Assembly (NCBI RefSeq): GCF_006345805.1
Contig: NC_043000.1
Location: 105,896,001-105,960,000, forward strand
Origin: Octopus sinensis
Lineage: Eukaryota
Reading direction: 5' to 3'
DNA length: 64,000 bases
The first letter of the stretch is position 1. Each line of letters starts with the position of its first letter. The notes below the pieces were generated by a model that saw only the letters and a program-made list of their open reading frames with translations, was not told the DNA's origin and searched no databases. Of the stretch, positions 60,710-64,000 are shown in pieces. A program made the translations under genes and the position numbers.

Positions 60710-61135
60710 GTGGGGGGGGGTGCAGAAATATATAGGGGAGCACCAGTGGGGAGGGGTGGTTCAGAGAAATGATGACAGGTTCTAGGCAAGTAGAACGTAG
60801 GATATCAAGAGAGGGGTAATGCATGGTGAAATAGCGTGTTGAAGAGGGGGGGTTCGAAGAGTAGACACCTATAATAGTGGTGGGAGAAGCGACATCCGGT
60901 ATAGATGGAGCAAAAATATAGAGATATCCGGTATTGGTGGTGGGGGTGGGCAAGGGCGGGTGCACCAGGAATATGCGAAGGTTGAACTGACGGGCTGGCT
61001 TAAAAATGCTCTTTGGAAGGGGGGAAAGGAAGAGGGGGGATGGCAGACAACGTAAAAGAGGGAGAGAGAGAAGGGAATAGTGGAACCCCGCGAAAATGGG
61101 CCGCCATTGAAAAAAAAAAAAAAAAAAAAAAAACC
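60710..61135 (-). promoter_or_regulatory. CpG/GC-rich island, candidate NDC1 promoter or 5' region
   Basis: Non-repetitive GC-rich patch 3.1-3.5 kb upstream of the putative ATG. It has a YY1-type ATGGCGGCC (61099-61107), an adjacent E2F-type TTTCGCGG (61088-61095), a GC box GGGCGGG (60954-60960) and a T24 tract. No convincing splice donor seen. Confidence 0.35.
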
Positions 61136-63724
61136 CCTGTATGGAGAAATAATATGCAATACGAGGCAAAGCTGAAAATAGTAATAATAATAATAATCAT
61201 CATCATCATCGTTTAACGTCCGGATTTCTCATATAGGTACAAAAGCCAGAAATTTATGGGAAGGAGTCAGATGATTACATGAATACCAGTATTCAACTGA
61301 CATTTATTTTATAGGCTGGAAGGAAATGAACTCACAACATTTCCTATTTAAATACCATATGGCGTTTTTCTAATTCTCTAACAACCTCCACAACATCTAC
61401 CTGGCTAATGATGATGATAATACTTTTTACTATAAGGCTTGAAATTTTGGTAGAGCAAACTAGTTGATTACACTGACCCCAGTTCTTGACTGGCACTAAT
61501 TTTATCTACCCTGAAAAAATGTAAGGCATAGTCAACTGAGGTGGAATTTGAACTCAGAATGTAAAGCCAGAAGAAATGCTGCTAAACATTTTGTTCAGTG
61601 TGCCAAACAATTCTGCCAGCTCACTATGCAGTGGCTCACATGGCTTCTGATCTTAACTGATTGGAAGTGTTATAATGTACATGTTTTGTTCTGGTATAAA
61701 AGATGGGCTACAGTAAATATTCTGCTCAATATTACAGATTTGCTTGTCAGTTATTTGACCATAACCAGTTGAGCATGCCCCTTAGTGGCTGACAATATGT
61801 GCATCTCTGATCATGAGCAGAAGTAGTGGGGGTGTATCATAGCCATGTATTGAGAGGAACTCTTTGGGGTTTGAATAATTCACCTCTAGAAACATGGGTG
61901 TTTTGTTCATCGTCCTTAAATCTTATTCAGGGACCTTTTGAGTGGGATGGGCTACTCGACCAGAAGAAAATTCTAACTGGGCCCCACCCTCAAGTTTATG
62001 ATGCATGTGCCTGGTGTACCCTTATCAGACGGGTAGTCATCATGAGTATATTGGGTTTTGTATATTTGTACCCCAGTGTCACTGTCCTATCACTCAATAA
62101 TAAGAATTTATTCATCACAACGATCAAGGATGAGCACACAGTACAAAGCTAAATTACAACTGTGGTGAAGGTTTATGCAGAACCAATTATATGACCCCAC
62201 CCAAAAAACCCCTTGTACAAAAACAACTAAGAACAAAAGGAATAACTTGATGTCCCAATAATGGGGCCTGCTACCAAAGGCTAATCAAAAAGAACCTCAT
62301 TAATTGTTATCCTAACTTCTGGCAAGTATTCTTTCTCAGTTGTATTCTTGAGTCTAGAGCCGTGATTCCCAACGTGGGGCGCATGCTCCACTGGTAGAGC
62401 ATGGTATTATTTTGGTGAGGCATGCATAGGGTTATGCTGAATTTTTATACCTTTTGAACACAATGTATAGTATACCAATAGAGAAAGGGTGCAATTCGAA
62501 AATGAGTTATTAAAAAATATTCTTTACATCCCTTCTGTGGACAATTTTATCAAATTTTGGAGACTTTAGAGACAACAGGTCATTTTTATCTTATTCATAA
62601 GATCTGATGTCACTAAAGAAGGAATAGATTATTTCCTTCGATTTAGTGGTATGTGAAAACATGTAGGTAATTACAAACGCGTATATGTGTGTGCGTGTAT
62701 ATACTATAGAACTGGTCAGTATTGAAAGCAATGCCATCTTAATTCCCTATGGAGAAATAAACTGGAGAGAGATTTATGTGCAGGTGTGTCTAAGAGTATT
62801 GAGTCTTATCTCTGGCAACAGAAAGGAATGAAAGAATTGAATGGTTGAAATGGAGTGGCAGTGAGGGGTAGCATCAGTGAAGGAAAAGAAAGAGGCAGAC
62901 AGAGAGAAACTTATGGTACTGGTAATGCACATACACACACATGTATATATATGAACAGAGATGAAAATTAACAGGTCATTTTATTCCCACCCATCAGTTT
63001 TGTGAATTCAGCAAAAAGGTAAGAAAAACTTCCAAGATTGATACAAAGGCTTTTTGCAGCTGAGAAGATTCACGGAATATTTTTTTGTTTTTTTTTAAAA
63101 AATATTTTCTGAAAGTTTATATTGAAATCATTTTGAAGAAATTGTTGAAAAAATTTGCTTGAACTGAAATTTTTTTGTGTTTGATTCTGCCCCACCCTGA
63201 CTTTGGATGATCGTAACTTTCAGAAAAATGGATATTTTTTTAATCATTTCAATACATTTTATCTCTTTTCCACACATATTACAATGAAGTGCCAATTATC
63301 TAGCAACCCAATACAAAGTTATATGGTGCTTGACATTAACATAAACATAACCTCCCCCTCCCCACACACACTTTTTTGCAATTGTTCAATCTCTTTGACA
63401 TCAAACTTCCAAATTATCACACCTTATTGTCATTAGATAGAGTAGGCCTAATGACATTATTCTTTTATTTTTTGATTGCTTACAGACTGCAGTTATGCTG
63501 GGGTATCACTTTCAAGAGTTTAGTCAATCTTACCAACTCCAGTTCTTTTGTGTCAAACTGCCAAGTTACTAGACATAACACTAGCAGGTTCTATACTGAT
63601 ATAAATATAACACTTTAGCATTTAAACTGGTCATAACCAGCCCAAGTATTCAACCTGTTTTATGTTCAAAACTGGCCATATCTGGCCTATCACACCTCTC
63701 TAAAATACCCTTTTAAAAATAAAC

Positions 63725-63940
63725 AATAAATGCAAGAGTTTGTGAGTGGATTTGGCAAACAGAAACTGAAAGAAGCCCAGTGTATATGTGTGTGTTTGTC
63801 CCCCACCACCAGTTGACAACCAGTGTTGGTGTGTTTATGCCCCTGTAACTTAGCAGTTTAGCAAAAGAGACAAAAAAAAGTACTAGGCTTAAAAACAAAA
63901 AGCATGGCCAAAGTCAAAATGACTGAAACAAGTAAAAAAT
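63725..63940 (+). mobile_element. Composite SINE A+B, 3' part
   Basis: gtgagtggatttggcaaacagaaactgaaagaagccc..gtttgtcccccacc..agtactaggctt..gactgaaacaagtaaaa. Confidence 0.8.
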
Positions 63941-64000
63941 AAATTACTTTATCAAAATCTTGAAGCTAAGAGATAATGTGATTTATTTAAAACAATGTAA

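Noticed and set aside
60093-61169. Long ORFs of 230 aa (plus) and 193 aa (minus)
   Set aside because: The plus ORF runs through three unrelated SINE pieces and (CAT)n. The minus ORF is pyrimidine-rich sequence that lacks stops for compositional reasons. Neither resembles a known protein.

Overview
AT-rich, repeat-dense eukaryotic DNA. The SINE families, (TA)n/(CAT)n load and transposon remnants look like an octopus genome (inferred from recognised repeat sequences, no search run). One protein-coding gene was reconstructed by hand: nucleoporin NDC1 (TMEM48) on the minus strand, 17 GT-AG coding exons from 57620 down to 21087, 1749 nt, 582 aa, with all intron phases compatible. The rest is a transposon landscape: RTE LINE fragments, several SINE families, three mariner remnants, a DD37D (maT-type) remnant, Helitrons (one with a PIF1 helicase remnant, one young non-autonomous copy), nested TTAA (piggyBac-type) MITEs, a Penelope-like RT remnant and an internally deleted Gypsy-type LTR element. 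Almost all ORFs in the supplied track are microsatellite or repeat artefacts. No clearly new biological system is evident. The best leads are the compact LTR element with a leader ATG in frame with an integrase tail, long fold-back structures (two inside NDC1 introns, so possible dsRNA/ADAR substrates), an unexplained strong splice acceptor in the NDC1 3' flank, and a CpG-rich candidate promoter.
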